Shown here: in pieces, positions 1 to 10,307 of the stretch | Numbering within the stretch: position 1 is the first letter of the stretch | Layout of the letters: the number at the start of each line of letters is the position of its first letter | From: an uncultured Planctomycetaceae bacterium | Lineage (GTDB): Bacteria > Planctomycetota > Planctomycetia > Isosphaerales > Isosphaeraceae | Length of the DNA stretch: 64,000 nt | Reading direction: 5' to 3' | NCBI GenBank assembly: GCA_963833985.1 | Contig: CAWIAD010000002.1 | Span: forward strand, 5,600,001-5,664,000 | Translations under genes and position numbers: made by a program | The notes under the pieces: model-generated | Seen by the model: the letters and a program-made list of their open reading frames with translations, nothing else | Told to the model about the DNA's origin: nothing | Databases searched by the model: none

Positions 1-477
1 AATGGCGGCGATCCGATTCGACAGTTCGGCAGCCAGGCGATAGCACATCATGGCCCCGTTGGACATACCGGTGGCGAAGACCCGCTTCGGGTCCACGTGA
101 ACCACGGTGGCCAGGTCGTCGAGCAGCTTTGCGGTGTATCCCACGTCGTCGGACGCCCGTCCGCGTACTCCGCCGGCGTCCCAGTACAGGAACAGCGGTG
201 TGCTGCCGGTGCCGTTGGCGTAGACCACCACGAAGCCGCTCTGGTCCGCCTTCGCGTTGAGACCGCAGAACCGGGCCATCAACGAGCCGTTCATCATCGC
301 CGAGTGAAAGACCAGGACAACCGGCGACGGCTTGCGGTAATTGTAAGAGAGAGGAATGTGCACCGAGTAAGACCGAATCTGGCTGCCGATCCGCAGCTCC
401 CTGACATGGTCGCCCGGGGGCAGCATGTGAGCAGAGACCGTCGCAAGACCGAGCAGGACAACCGCACTGGCATTCAT
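1..477 (-). CDS. PHB depolymerase/LpqC-family esterase (alpha/beta hydrolase), runs off the window start
   Basis: Manual translation from ATG at 477: MNASAVVLLGLATVSA (signal-like)...RSYSVHIP...PVVLVFH...GFVVVYANG...DDVGY...VDPKRVFATGMSNGAMMCYRLA, with a G-x-S-x-G nucleophile motif. Absent from the ORF track because it is truncated. Confidence 0.9.
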   Translation of the reverse strand, partial: MNASAVVLLGLATVSAHMLPPGDHVRELRIGSQIRSYSVHIPLSYNYRKPSPVVLVFHSAMMNGSLMARFCGLNAKADQSGFVVVYANGTGSTPLFLYWDAGGVRGRASDDVGYTAKLLDDLATVVHVDPKRVFATGMSNGAMMCYRLAAELSNRIAAI

Positions 478-1116
478 GGCATTTCTCGACCAACCGTCCT
501 CTCTTGGAGAGGATGTTCCATTCCGAGCGCGAGGACCACGGAACCGTCCGTCCACAAGCCTGGAAGCGACTTGCGAAGTCGACCGTCCCAATGTGCCGCA
601 CATGCGTCATCGCCGGCCCGGCTCATTGACAGCACTCCGTCATTTTATACAAACTTTACATGGCTGTCGCTGTTCCAGGCGAAAGGGTGGGATCGCAAAA
701 GCACATTCCTTGAGTACCTCGTCGTGGCGGATTGATTCCATGGAGGAACTCATGCCATACTTCGGGTCAACCAGCTTGCGTCTGATGAAAGCTGTGAGTG
801 GGTGCCTTCACGTAGGGTTTTTCCTGATGCTGCCCTAATGAGGCAGAAGTCGCGGGCTTATTATGTCAAACTAAACCGTACCCGAGTAAGGCCGAGCGGA
901 AGTACCCTTGTCGAGCGATGGTAGCTGACTGAAGTTGCGAGAGGTTGCGTGCAGGGATGCGACGCCGAAGCATTCCTGAGGCCATGGAACCCGCTCAGGG
1001 AAGCAAGGGCACGCACGCACGCTCCCTGAGCCCCAAGACTCAATTCCCAATTGTCCGACGCGGTCGACGCTGCCGCATCTTTTCCAGGAAGGAGTTGGCG
1101 AAGCCGCCAATCGGCC

Positions 1117-3729
1117 ATGTCGAAGTATCAAAGGTCACACTGGCGGTATCCCGTTGCCCTGATTGCCGCTGGCGCAGCCTGGCTCTTCAATCTGACGCTC
1201 GAAGACTGGCTCTACCCCGATATCTTTGCGCCATTCCTGGTCGCGGTCTTCGTTTCGGCGCGGTATGGCGGTCTGCGTCCGGGACTGCTCGCCACACTTT
1301 TCTCGGCGGCGCTGGCCGAGCTTGAGCTTCGCGGTCATGCCGACGCCCTGCCCACGCCGCTGGGCATCGCGGTTCGACTGGGCCTGTTCGGCGGACTGGG
1401 GCTGCTGGTCGTTCGTCTCACGGTTGGACGCAGGCAGGACGAGACGACACTACATACCTTGTGGCGGGCGATCGAGCAGAGTCCCGTCGCCGTGGTGATC
1501 ACCGACGCCGATGGCTTGATCGAGTATGCGAACCCCAAGTTCACGGAAGTGAGCGGATATACGCTCGACGAGGTGCGCGGTCGCAACCCCCGGATCTTCA
1601 AATCCGGCAAGACTCCCCCCGAGCAATACAAACGGCTCTGGGAGACGATCCTGGCCGGCGGCGAGTGGCGCGGGGAGTTTTACAACCGCAGGAAAAACGG
1701 TGAGCTCTACTGGGAACTGGCCTCGATCTCGCCCGTACGCGATGCACTGGGCGCGATCTCGCACTTCGTTGCGGTGAAGGAAGACATCAGCGACCGCAGG
1801 CAGACCGAGGACGCCATGCGGGAAAGCGAGGCCAGAGCGACAGCCCGTGCCGACGAGCTGGCTGCACTCATCAACGCCGTGCCCGCCATGATCACGATTG
1901 CCCACGATCCCGAATGCCGGAAGTTGAGCCGCAGCGTCGCCACGCGCCAGTTCCTCCGCTTCCCGGAGGACGCGAATCCTTCGTTGACGCCCCTCGGGCT
2001 CGAGCCGATGGTCACCTACCGCGCCTGGAGAGACGGCCGCGAGCTGCGGCCCGACGAGCTGCCCATCCGCCTTGCCGCGGACACTGGTCAGGAGCAGAGA
2101 AATGTCGAGTTGACGATCGAGTTCGAGGATGGAACCCGGCGCGACATCATGGGCAACGCGGTGCCACTCTTCGACGCTCGGGGCCAGGTCCGGGGAGCAA
2201 TCAACGCGTTCATCGACATCACCGAGCGAAAGCAGGCTGAGCAGACTATCCGGGAAAGCGAGCTGAGGTTCCGTGCGATGTCCGAGACGCTGCCGAGCAT
2301 GGTCTGGGTGGCGCAGCACGACGGCTCGACCACCTACCTCAGCAGCCGCTGGTACGAGACGACGGGCACCACGCCGGAGACCAGCCTGGGGCGTGGATGG
2401 GTCCAGGAGATCCATCCGGAGGACCGCGCCCACAGCGTCCTCGCATGGGACGAAGCGGTCCAGACAACAACAGTCTACGAGGTCGAACAGCGCCTTCGTT
2501 GCGCGGATGGGAGCTACCGCTGGTTCTTGTCCCGGGCGGTGCCGCGCCGGGATGATGCGGGAGACGTCCTCGAGTGGCTTGGCACCTGTACCGATATCGA
2601 CGACCAGAAGCAGACGCACGCGGCACTCGTGGCAGCGACCCAGGCCAAGGACCGCTTTCTCGCCATCCTCTCGCACGAATTGCGGGCACCCCTGACGCCG
2701 GTACTCCTGGCCATCACGGCCATGCAGGACAGGTCGATCAGTTGCCTGTCTTGCTCGCCAACACTGGAAATGGTGCGCGTCAACATCGAGCTTGAGGCCA
2801 GGCTGATTGAAGACCTGCTGGACGTTTCACGGATCGCCCGCGGCAAGCTGACTTACCGGTTCGAGACGGTCGACATGCACGCCGTGATCGAGCGCACCGT
2901 GAAGACCTGCCACGGCGAGTTGAGCCACAAGGGCCATCGTCTCACGCTTGACTTGGCCGCGGCCGCATACCATGTCCATGGAGATCCCGCGCGGTTGCAG
3001 CAGGTCCTCTGGAATCTCCTCACCAACGCGGCGAAGTACACGCCAGCCGGCGGCCAGATCAGGGTCTGTACGTCCTCTGACAAACTCGGACAACTCATCG
3101 TCCAGGTTCACGACGATGGCGTCGGCGTCCTGACGGAGGACCTGCCGCGCCTCTTCGGTGCATTCGAACGCGGCTACGGCGCCACGGCGTTCCATGCGGG
3201 CGGACTGGGACTGGGCTTGTCGATCTGCCGCTCGATCGCCGAGGCACACCACGGCCGTCTGCAAGGACTCAGCGGAGGACGGCACCAGGGGAGCACGTTC
3301 ATCCTGGAGCTGGCAACGGTCCCCGCACCCTTGCCAGTCATCAATCCCGGTGCGGGGTGTCTCGCCATCGGCGGTCGCAGGCTGCGCATCCTGCTGGCGG
3401 AGGACAACACCACCGCAGCGCGGGTGATCGCCGAAGTTCTCACGTCCAAGGGCCATGTGGTCACTCTGGCGACGTCGTTTCGGAAGGCCATCGAGGCCAG
3501 TACCGGCCCCATCGACCTGCTTCTTAGTGATCTCGACCTCGGGGACGGCAGCGGGCTGGACCTGATGCGGCACCTGCGCTCGCGGTGTGAGATCCCCGGC
3601 ATCGTTCTGAGCGGGTACGCCACGGCGGACGACATCCGCGAGAGCAGGGAAGCAGGATTCGCCGCTCATCTGGCCAAGCCCGTCACACTGGGAACTCTCG
3701 AGCTGGCCATTCAGTCCGTCATGGCCTGA
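1117..3729 (+). CDS. Membrane-bound multi-PAS hybrid sensor histidine kinase (DUF4118-like TM region, 3 PAS/PAC, HisKA, HATPase, REC)
   Basis: N-terminal TM helices (YGGLRPGLLATL), PAS motifs, H-box SHELRAPL, N-box NLLTNAAKYT, G-boxes DDGVG and GLGLGL, C-terminal receiver (LLAEDN...SDLDL...KP). The start could be 1051 or 1117. Confidence 0.93.
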   Translation: MSKYQRSHWRYPVALIAAGAAWLFNLTLEDWLYPDIFAPFLVAVFVSARYGGLRPGLLATLFSAALAELELRGHADALPTPLGIAVRLGLFGGLGLLVVRLTVGRRQDETTLHTLWRAIEQSPVAVVITDADGLIEYANPKFTEVSGYTLDEVRGRNPRIFKSGKTPPEQYKRLWETILAGGEWRGEFYNRRKNGELYWELASISPVRDALGAISHFVAVKEDISDRRQTEDAMRESEARATARADELAALINAVPAMITIAHDPECRKLSRSVATRQFLRFPEDANPSLTPLGLEPMVTYRAWRDGRELRPDELPIRLAADTGQEQRNVELTIEFEDGTRRDIMGNAVPLFDARGQVRGAINAFIDITERKQAEQTIRESELRFRAMSETLPSMVWVAQHDGSTTYLSSRWYETTGTTPETSLGRGWVQEIHPEDRAHSVLAWDEAVQTTTVYEVEQRLRCADGSYRWFLSRAVPRRDDAGDVLEWLGTCTDIDDQKQTHAALVAATQAKDRFLAILSHELRAPLTPVLLAITAMQDRSISCLSCSPTLEMVRVNIELEARLIEDLLDVSRIARGKLTYRFETVDMHAVIERTVKTCHGELSHKGHRLTLDLAAAAYHVHGDPARLQQVLWNLLTNAAKYTPAGGQIRVCTSSDKLGQLIVQVHDDGVGVLTEDLPRLFGAFERGYGATAFHAGGLGLGLSICRSIAEAHHGRLQGLSGGRHQGSTFILELATVPAPLPVINPGAGCLAIGGRRLRILLAEDNTTAARVIAEVLTSKGHVVTLATSFRKAIEASTGPIDLLLSDLDLGDGSGLDLMRHLRSRCEIPGIVLSGYATADDIRESREAGFAAHLAKPVTLGTLELAIQSVMA

Positions 3730-3839
3730 GAAGACCCCATGAAGCCGCCATCGGACCGGGCGCACGTGATGAAATCGCCGCGCCGGCCGCCTACGATACA
3801 CGGTGGATCAAGCAAACGACCCGGTTGCCCGAGGTTTCC

Positions 3840-5190
3840 ATGTCCAACCTACTGGCTGCGCGGTTGCAAATGGCAATCTCGCTTGGGTTCCATATCGTCT
3901 TCGCGGTGGTCGGCATCGGACTGCCGCTGATGATGGCCATTGCCGAGGCGCTCTGGTTGCGGACCGGGGATCCGGTGTACCGAGTGCTCGCGCAGGCGCT
4001 GGGCGAAAGGCGCCGCGATCCTGTTCGCGGTGGGAGCGGTCTCGGGAACGGTCCTCTCCTTCGAGCTGGGGCTACTCTGGCCGCCGTTCATGAAGTTTGC
4101 CGGGCCGATCATCGGCCTGGGGTTCGGCCTGGAAGGGTTTGCCTTCTTCACCGAGGCCATCTTCCTGGGAATCTACATTTACGGCTGGGAACGCGTACCC
4201 CCCGTCGCGCACTGGCTGGCTGGTGTGATCATCGCGATCTCCGGGCGCTGCTCGGGCGTGCTGGTCGTGTCGGTCAACGCCTGGATGAACACGCCGGCCG
4301 GGTTCGTGCTGGAAGGGGCGAAGGCGGTCGAGATCAACCCGGTCCAGGCCCTCCTGAACCCGGCCCTGATCGCCGAGACGCTGCACATGACGCTGGCGGC
4401 GTATGCGGCAACCGGCCTGCTGGTCGCCGGAGTTCATGCATGGCTGCTGCTGCGCGACCGGCATAACCCATTCCACCGCCAGGCACTCGCCATCGCGCTT
4501 TGTGTGGGTGGCGCGGCCTCGGTGCTGCAGCCGCTCAGCGGGCACTACGCCGCTCAGGTCGTGGCGCGCAACCAGCCCGTGAAACTTGCGGCCATGGAGG
4601 GACAGTTCCGCACCGAGCGCGGGGCTCCGCTGCGAATCGGCGGCTTGCCCGACGTGGCCGCGGAAACCACTCGGTACGCGATCGAGATTCCAGGCGGTCT
4701 CAGCATGCTGGCTTACAACAATCCGCACGCCGAAGTCGCTGGGCTGGACAAGGTCCCGGCCAGTGATCGGCCCCCCGTTCCGGTCGTGCACGTCTCGTTT
4801 CAGATCATGGTCGCCTGCGGCCTGGCAATGGCCTTCGTCTCCCTTTGGGCCGCGGCGCAGGCCTGGAAGCGGCGCTGTGTTCCTGACGATCCGACCCTGC
4901 TGCGAGCGCTGGTGCTGATCAGTCCCCTGGGCATGCTGGCAATCGAGGCGGGCTGGACGGTCACCGAGGTTGGCCGGCAACCGTGGATCGTCCAGGGCGT
5001 GCTGCGCACCGGCGACGCCGTGACGGCCGTGCCAGGTCTCTGGGTATCGCTTGTTGCTTATTCCACGCTCTACGTGCTGCTCGGCCTGGTGGTTGTCGCG
5101 CTGCTGACCGGGGAGTTCCGGTCCAGCCCCCGGGTCGACGAGCTGGCCGCCACGGCTCCGGCGGTCGTCACTACGGAAGAGGCCTCGTGA
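3840..5190 (+). CDS. cydA: Cytochrome bd ubiquinol oxidase subunit I, with one frameshift near 3990-3996
   Basis: Frame 1: MSNLLAARLQMAISLGFHIVF. Frame 2 continues WAKGAAILFAVGAVSGTVLSFELG...QPVKLAAMEG...GWTVTEVGRQPW. The Q-loop looks short. Confidence 0.93.
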
Positions 5191-6260
5191 TGTCGGCGTT
5201 CTTCCACGTCGTAGACCCGGCCGAGGCGGTTGCCCTGGCGATGCTTATCGCGCTGGTGGCTTACGCCCTGCTCGGTGGTGCCGATTACGGAGCGGGGGTG
5301 TGGGACCTGCTGGCCCGTGGCCCCCGCGCCGAGGCTCAGCGCGAGCTGATCGCGCACGCGATCGGTCCGGTCTGGGAGGCGAATCACGTCTGGCTGATCA
5401 TCGTGATCGTGCTCCTGTTCACGGGCTTTCCCGCGGCCTTCGCGGCGATCATGTCCACGCTCCACGTGCCGCTTTCTCTCATGCTCATCGGCCTGGTCCT
5501 GCGCGGCTCGGCGTTCACGTTCCGCAGCTACGACAACTCGGCCGTGGGGAAGCGCCGCTGGAATCGCGTCTTCTCGATCCCCAGCGTGGTCACGCCCATT
5601 CTGCTGGGAACGGTGATCGGAGCCATTGCCACGGGCCAGCCGGCGCGGGCGCTGGAGTCGGGCCAGCCGGTGCCACTCTTCGCCACCTGGCTGCGGCCGT
5701 TTCCCCTGGTGGTCGGATTATTCGCGCTGAATCTGTTTGCCTACCTGGCTGCCGTTTACCTGACCCTGGAGACCTCCGACACGGCCCTGCGCGAGGACTT
5801 CCGGCGCCGCGCTCTGGTGGCAGCCTGTGTTCTGGCAGCCGTGGCCTGGACCGTTTACGTGCTGGCACGCGCCGAGGCTCCCCTGCTCTTCGAGCGGCTC
5901 GACCACTCACCGTGGGGACGGCCGGTACGCTATGCCACCGGCGCGTTCGCCCTGCTCGCACTGCTGAGCCTGTCCTTCCGGCTCTACCGGCTGGCCAGAG
6001 TCGCTGCCATGGTCCAGGCGGCGCTGATTCTCTGGGGCTGTGCGCTGGCGCAGTATCCGCTGCTGGTCCCTCCCGATCTGGACCTCGCCGGCACCGCGGC
6101 GCCGCCCCTGGTTCACAAGCTCCTGCTGGTCGCGCTGGGGGCCGGCTCGCTCATCCTGCTGCCTTCGCTCTTCTACTTGTTTCGCATTTTCAAGGCGCAC
6201 ACGTTCCGTCGCAGTTCCAGCTCCAGTTCCAGTTCCAGCTCCGGCGGCCATTCCCGCTGA
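5190..6260 (+). CDS. cydB: Cytochrome bd ubiquinol oxidase subunit II
   Basis: ATG overlaps the cydA TGA. Motifs GADYGAG, IGPVWEANHVWLI and LRGSAFTFR; poly-Ser tail. Confidence 0.93.
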   Translation: MSAFFHVVDPAEAVALAMLIALVAYALLGGADYGAGVWDLLARGPRAEAQRELIAHAIGPVWEANHVWLIIVIVLLFTGFPAAFAAIMSTLHVPLSLMLIGLVLRGSAFTFRSYDNSAVGKRRWNRVFSIPSVVTPILLGTVIGAIATGQPARALESGQPVPLFATWLRPFPLVVGLFALNLFAYLAAVYLTLETSDTALREDFRRRALVAACVLAAVAWTVYVLARAEAPLLFERLDHSPWGRPVRYATGAFALLALLSLSFRLYRLARVAAMVQAALILWGCALAQYPLLVPPDLDLAGTAAPPLVHKLLLVALGAGSLILLPSLFYLFRIFKAHTFRRSSSSSSSSSSGGHSR

Positions 6261-6424
6261 CACCCCCATTTCACTTGAGACGGCCGAAGGTCCGACCTCG
6301 TAAAACCGGCCTGACCGGCTTTCGAAGCATCGTTTCCTGCTCGGGCGAAGCTCGGTGCATCGTGGCGGCCCTTGTGGAGGTGCACAGCGAGCGTCACTCC
6401 AGCGGCTGTCGAGAGTTCCGTAGT

Positions 6425-8782
6425 CTATGCGGAGGCTTGCGCACGGCCCGTGGCCTCGGAATCTCCCGGGCATTCGGCGAGGACCATGCCCCAGAGGCGC
6501 TGGGCTTCGGCGCGGTCGCCGCGCTCTTGGGCCAGTGCGGCCAGGTTGCGCAGCGTCAGGTGGCCGTAGATGCCCTGGTCGACGCTGCAAAACTGCTCCG
6601 GACGCTTCAAGCTCAAGATCCGCCGCCAGTGAACTTCGGCCTCGGCGGGCTGGGCCGCCTTGCGATGGAGGATCGCCTTGCGGAAGTGCAGCTCGGCGTC
6701 GTCGGGGTCGAGCCGTAACCCCGCGGCGCAGGCGCCCAGGGCCGAGGGGGTGTCCTCCAGCATCTGGTGGCAGCGGGCGAGCAGGGCATAGAGCTTGCGC
6801 ACGATCGAGGCGGTGGGGTCCGACCTGTGCAGGCTCTGCTGGAGGTATCCGATCGCCGTCGGCCAGTCGCGCCGCTCCACGGCGATCGCGCCCAGGTTGA
6901 AGAGCACGAACGGGTCGTCGGGCCGCTCGGCCAGCTCGGCTTCGAGGATCTTGCCGTCGCGCTGGAGCTTCCGCTCCCGCAGCTCCGGATCGGTGTAGCC
7001 CGTGTGCCGCACCGTGATGTCGGTCCAGCGCACCGGCACGTTCGCATGCCGCAAGGCCGGCAAGATCTGCTCATGCACCGCATACGTCCAGCGCACGTCC
7101 TCGCGCACCGGAAACAGCCGGATATGGTCCACCACCGTCTGCCCGCTATCCCCATGCGGCCCCGGATCGCACGAGCACCGCACCACGTACGCCGCCTGCT
7201 CCGCATCGCCCGCCCGGCTGCGGTGGCCCGGTGTCGTGGGTCGAGTGTCCGCGCGAGGCCCACCAACCTGCACCGCATCGCCAGCCCGGTAGGGTGGGTC
7301 GAGCGTTCTCGCGAGGCCCACCGGAACACCTCTGTCGTCAACGTTGTGAACCGGCAATTCCTCCAGCAACTTCCGCAACTTCTCCCGCTCCGGCGGGTCC
7401 ACCACATCGTCGGCATCGAGCCAGAAGGCATAATCGCCGGTCGCCCGCGCCAGGGCGGCGTTGCGGGCCGCGGCGAAGTCATTGACCCAGACAAAATCAA
7501 AGACCCGTGCCCCGAACTCGCGGGCGATCTCGCGCGTGCGGTCGGTCGAGCCGGTGTCCACCACCACGATCTCGTCGAAGACCCCCGCCACGGAGGCCAG
7601 GCAGTTCGGCAGGTTGCCCTCCTCGTTCCGCACGATCATCGTCAGCGAAACCCTGGCCCGGCGCGTCGGTGTCGAAGCGTGCCCGGCGCCATTGGCCTGC
7701 GGTTGCCCGGTTTGTTCTTGCGGCTCTCGACCGGTCCACGGTAACAGGCTCACGCTCCGGCGTCCGCCGACGTCGGTACCCCACTTCTCCGCGAACCTGC
7801 GGCCGTTCTCCTCCAGCAACCGCGCTGCATCGATACCGTTGCCCTGCAACGTCCGGCTGCCGAAGTGGTGGACGAACAGGTCGTGCGCCACGGCCAGGGA
7901 AAACCCGGCCCTTCGTGCGCGCTCAGCCAGGTCATCGTCGTCGAACAGTCCCAGCCCGAACCGTTCGTCGAGCCCGCCGATCGTTTCATAAACCGCCCGT
8001 TTCATGAGCAAGCAAAACCCCGAAAGCTTCCCCGCCGTGAACCACTGCCCGCGCCGCTCCTCGCGCCATCGCCGCGCAAACGCGTGCATCTCCTCGAGGC
8101 TCGCATACGGCACGTTCTGCACCAGTTGTGGCGGCGAGGCATAATTCGACATCGGACCGACCAGGCCAATCCTTCCCCCTTCTTCCCCCTTCGTGTTCTT
8201 GGTGTTCTTCGTGGTTCCAACTCCGTCCATTTCCGCCATTTCGTAGGGTGGGTCAGCGGCGTACCCGTCGCGCAACCCACCGTGATTCGGTCGGCACTCG
8301 GGATTGCTCTTCGTGTGTTTCGTGGTTCCTTCCCAATCCTTCTCCGTGGTGCGATCGGTGAAGTGGGCAGCGGTTCTCGTTTCCTCCGTGATCTCTGTGT
8401 GCTCTGTGGTTTGTTGATCTTTTGATTTTATTTCCGCCAGTGCGATGAGCTGATCGAGCCAGCCGTCAGTGACCACGGCATCGTTGTTCAGCAGCACGAG
8501 ATAATCTCCTCGCGCCGCCTTCAGCCCCTGGTTGACGGCCGCGGGGAAGCCGATGTTGTGCTCGTTGCGAATGATGGCCACGGGCATCGGCGCGACGTCC
8601 TGCACGCCGGCCAGGTAGCTCGCCGTGCCGTCGGACGAGCCGTTATCGACGACGATCAGCTCCCAAGGCCGGCGCGTGTGCCGCACCAGCGCGGCGAGGC
8701 ACGGCCGCGTGAACTCAAGCTGGTTCCAGCAGGGGATGATGATCGAAGCCAGGCCCTGGCGTGCCGACCCGTTCAAGTTCAT
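6425..8782 (-). CDS. Tandem GT2 glycosyltransferase with C-terminal TPR region; carries in-frame repeat-derived insertions
   Basis: Domain 1: SIIIPCWNQ...VVDNGSSDGT...LLNND. Domain 2: SLTMIVRNEE...VVDTGSTDRT...WLDADD...VHEQI. TPR-like helices at the C-terminus. Confidence 0.9.
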   Translation of the reverse strand: MNLNGSARQGLASIIIPCWNQLEFTRPCLAALVRHTRRPWELIVVDNGSSDGTASYLAGVQDVAPMPVAIIRNEHNIGFPAAVNQGLKAARGDYLVLLNNDAVVTDGWLDQLIALAEIKSKDQQTTEHTEITEETRTAAHFTDRTTEKDWEGTTKHTKSNPECRPNHGGLRDGYAADPPYEMAEMDGVGTTKNTKNTKGEEGGRIGLVGPMSNYASPPQLVQNVPYASLEEMHAFARRWREERRGQWFTAGKLSGFCLLMKRAVYETIGGLDERFGLGLFDDDDLAERARRAGFSLAVAHDLFVHHFGSRTLQGNGIDAARLLEENGRRFAEKWGTDVGGRRSVSLLPWTGREPQEQTGQPQANGAGHASTPTRRARVSLTMIVRNEEGNLPNCLASVAGVFDEIVVVDTGSTDRTREIAREFGARVFDFVWVNDFAAARNAALARATGDYAFWLDADDVVDPPEREKLRKLLEELPVHNVDDRGVPVGLARTLDPPYRAGDAVQVGGPRADTRPTTPGHRSRAGDAEQAAYVVRCSCDPGPHGDSGQTVVDHIRLFPVREDVRWTYAVHEQILPALRHANVPVRWTDITVRHTGYTDPELRERKLQRDGKILEAELAERPDDPFVLFNLGAIAVERRDWPTAIGYLQQSLHRSDPTASIVRKLYALLARCHQMLEDTPSALGACAAGLRLDPDDAELHFRKAILHRKAAQPAEAEVHWRRILSLKRPEQFCSVDQGIYGHLTLRNLAALAQERGDRAEAQRLWGMVLAECPGDSEATGRAQASA
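7236..7322. repeat. Two GTAG-type REP-like palindromes inside the GT coding sequence
   Basis: GTGGGTCGAGTGTCCGCGCGAGGCCCACC (7236-7264) and GTAGGGTGGGTCGAGCGTTCTCGCGAGGCCCACC (7289-7322). Confidence 0.75.
8190..8411. repeat. Cluster of 9-mer tandem repeats plus a GTAG REP-like palindrome inside the GT coding sequence
   Basis: TTCGTGTTCTTGGTGTTCTTCGTGGTT; CGTAGGGTGGGTC...AACCCACC (8242-8281); TTCGTGTGTTTCGTGGTT; CTCCGTGATCTCTGTGTGCTCTGTGGTT. Confidence 0.75.
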
Positions 8783-8936
8783 GACCGCTGCCCCCTGGAC
8801 GTTGAAAAATCCTGGTGCTTCGCCCCACCCCGCTCACTTCTCCACATCGATCTCAACGACCCGACAGAGGACGAAGATACGTCCCGATCGGGCCGGACGA
8901 GGCTCTCGTAACGCTCAAAGTCAGGATAACCATCGA

Positions 8937-9136
8937 ACCACAGAGCACACAGAGAACACGGAGGGAAGACGACGGACGAGAGTAGATATGATCGACGACG
9001 GCGGATTGGTTGAACGAGATCACTGATCGGCCGGGGTCCCAGGGGTTCGAGCAAGATCGAATCGGAAAGAATGCCTATCTCGATCCCTGGCGGGTTTCTC
9101 TCCATGATCTCCGTGATCTCCGTGATCTCCGTGGTT
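8937..9136. repeat. Intergenic, oppositely oriented copies of the 9-mer repeat family
   Basis: ACCACAGAGCACACAGAGAACACGGAG (~8937-8963) and (CTCCRTGAT)x3-CTCCGTGGTT (~9100-9136). Confidence 0.7.
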
Positions 9137-9210
9137 AGGTGTATTGATATTCGTTTGCGCTCCGCGGTCGCGGTCTATCCAACCGCACCGTCCCGCGGCT
9201 TTCTGTCGTC

Positions 9211-9573
9211 TCATTGGTCAATCTCGCGGGCCAGGTAGTAATAGAGTGGCTCGCCGTGGATGATCACCGGCTCGAGCGCCTTGGTGACCGGGTTGCGGTC
9301 CATGACCAGGTAGCGCGTGGGCCTGTCCTCGAACACGGCCGTCTTGCCGTCGCGCCCCGTGATCTTGATGACGCCGCGGGCCGGGTCGCGAGTGATCTCG
9401 ACCCTGGGCTTGCGCTTCAGCTCGGCCTCCAGCTCCGCCAGCCGGGCCAGCGTCGCCGGCGCCTCCTCGACGGTCAGCAGTTTTCCGTAGCCGTCATACA
9501 CGTACGTGAAGACCGCCGCATCGGTCTGGGTCTCGCCCGCTTCACGCACTTGGTCCGGCACGTTCCCGTCCAT
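9211..9573 (-). CDS. Hypothetical protein, paralog of 9657-10079
   Basis: GAGGAG RBS upstream and GC-rich codon usage. C-terminal FEDRPTRYLVMDRNPVT...GEPLYYYLARE matches the neighbouring gene. Confidence 0.8.
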   Translation of the reverse strand: MDGNVPDQVREAGETQTDAAVFTYVYDGYGKLLTVEEAPATLARLAELEAELKRKPRVEITRDPARGVIKITGRDGKTAVFEDRPTRYLVMDRNPVTKALEPVIIHGEPLYYYLAREIDQ

Positions 9574-9656
9574 TGTGATACTCCTCGCCTGGTTGAAGAT
9601 TCATGCACCCTCGCTCAAAATCCGCCCCTCACAACCCGCCTCGTGAGATCCCTCGA

Positions 9657-10079
9657 TCAATTCCACTGTTCCAAATTCTCATCGGTGTTCACCTGTGGCT
9701 CGTTCCCGTCTTCATCCGCGGCCGTATCGGTTTCTTTCGCCAGGTGGTAATACACCGGGCTGCCCCACTCCATGGCGGGCCTGATCTTGCCCGTGCTGGG
9801 GTCGCGCTCCATGAACAGGAACCGTTGTGGCCGGTCGTCGAACCTGGCTGTCTCCTGGCCTTCGGTGGTCATCTGGATGACATGCCGCGAGTGGTCGTAG
9901 CTCACTTCGGTCGTCGGATCGCCGTCCCACACGAGCGACCGGTACCCGCGCCGCGCCACGCCTTCGCAGAAGTGGTGCGTGCCATCCTCGGTCGTGTAGG
10001 TGGAGATGTACCTGGGATGCTCGGACCTGGACTCGATCAATTCATCGTCCGACGTGCTCATGGCAGCGTTCTCCGTCAA
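9657..10079 (-). CDS. Hypothetical protein, paralog of 9211-9573
   Basis: FDDRPQRFLFMERDPST...GSPVYYHLAKE. The start may be the internal ATG (MSTSDD) after GGAG. Confidence 0.8.
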   Translation of the reverse strand: MTENAAMSTSDDELIESRSEHPRYISTYTTEDGTHHFCEGVARRGYRSLVWDGDPTTEVSYDHSRHVIQMTTEGQETARFDDRPQRFLFMERDPSTGKIRPAMEWGSPVYYHLAKETDTAADEDGNEPQVNTDENLEQWN

Positions 10080-10119
10080 GTGTGGCGAATGAAGTGGTCA
10101 AGGCGTGCCCAATCGCACT

Positions 10120-10199
10120 CGCGTCCCCGTTGCGGCTCCTGAGCGTGACGTTCGGCTGGCCGGCGCCGCCGAGCAGGTCGAGCCAGCGAGCATGTTGCC
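10120..10199 (-). pseudogene. Degenerate remnant of the start of a fourth orphan Rhs cassette
   Basis: Reads GNMLAGST then, in a shifted frame, GQPNVTL. This matches GNMLTDSTSG..GQPSVTL at the start of the other cassettes. Confidence 0.65.
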
Positions 10200-10290
10200 G
10201 CGAATCCTCGTAAATCGAAGTACGTGGACGTTCAAGGCTTTATCCATCCTACGCAGATCGCTCGCGATAAGGGGGATGTCCCCTTCAGCC
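10194..10290 (-). repeat. Rhs cassette junction element, copy A
   Basis: Gapless 97-bp match to 15851-15947 (16 mismatches by manual count). Confidence 0.85.
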
Positions 10291-10307
10291 CCCCCCATCG
10301 TTTATGG

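Noticed and set aside
480..1050. Short ORFs in the lower-GC gap between the esterase and the kinase
   Set aside because: No recognisable motifs in the frames read. It may be a decayed remnant or a promoter region.
3990..3996. Programmed frameshift in cydA
   Set aside because: No slippery heptamer, and similar indels occur throughout the window.
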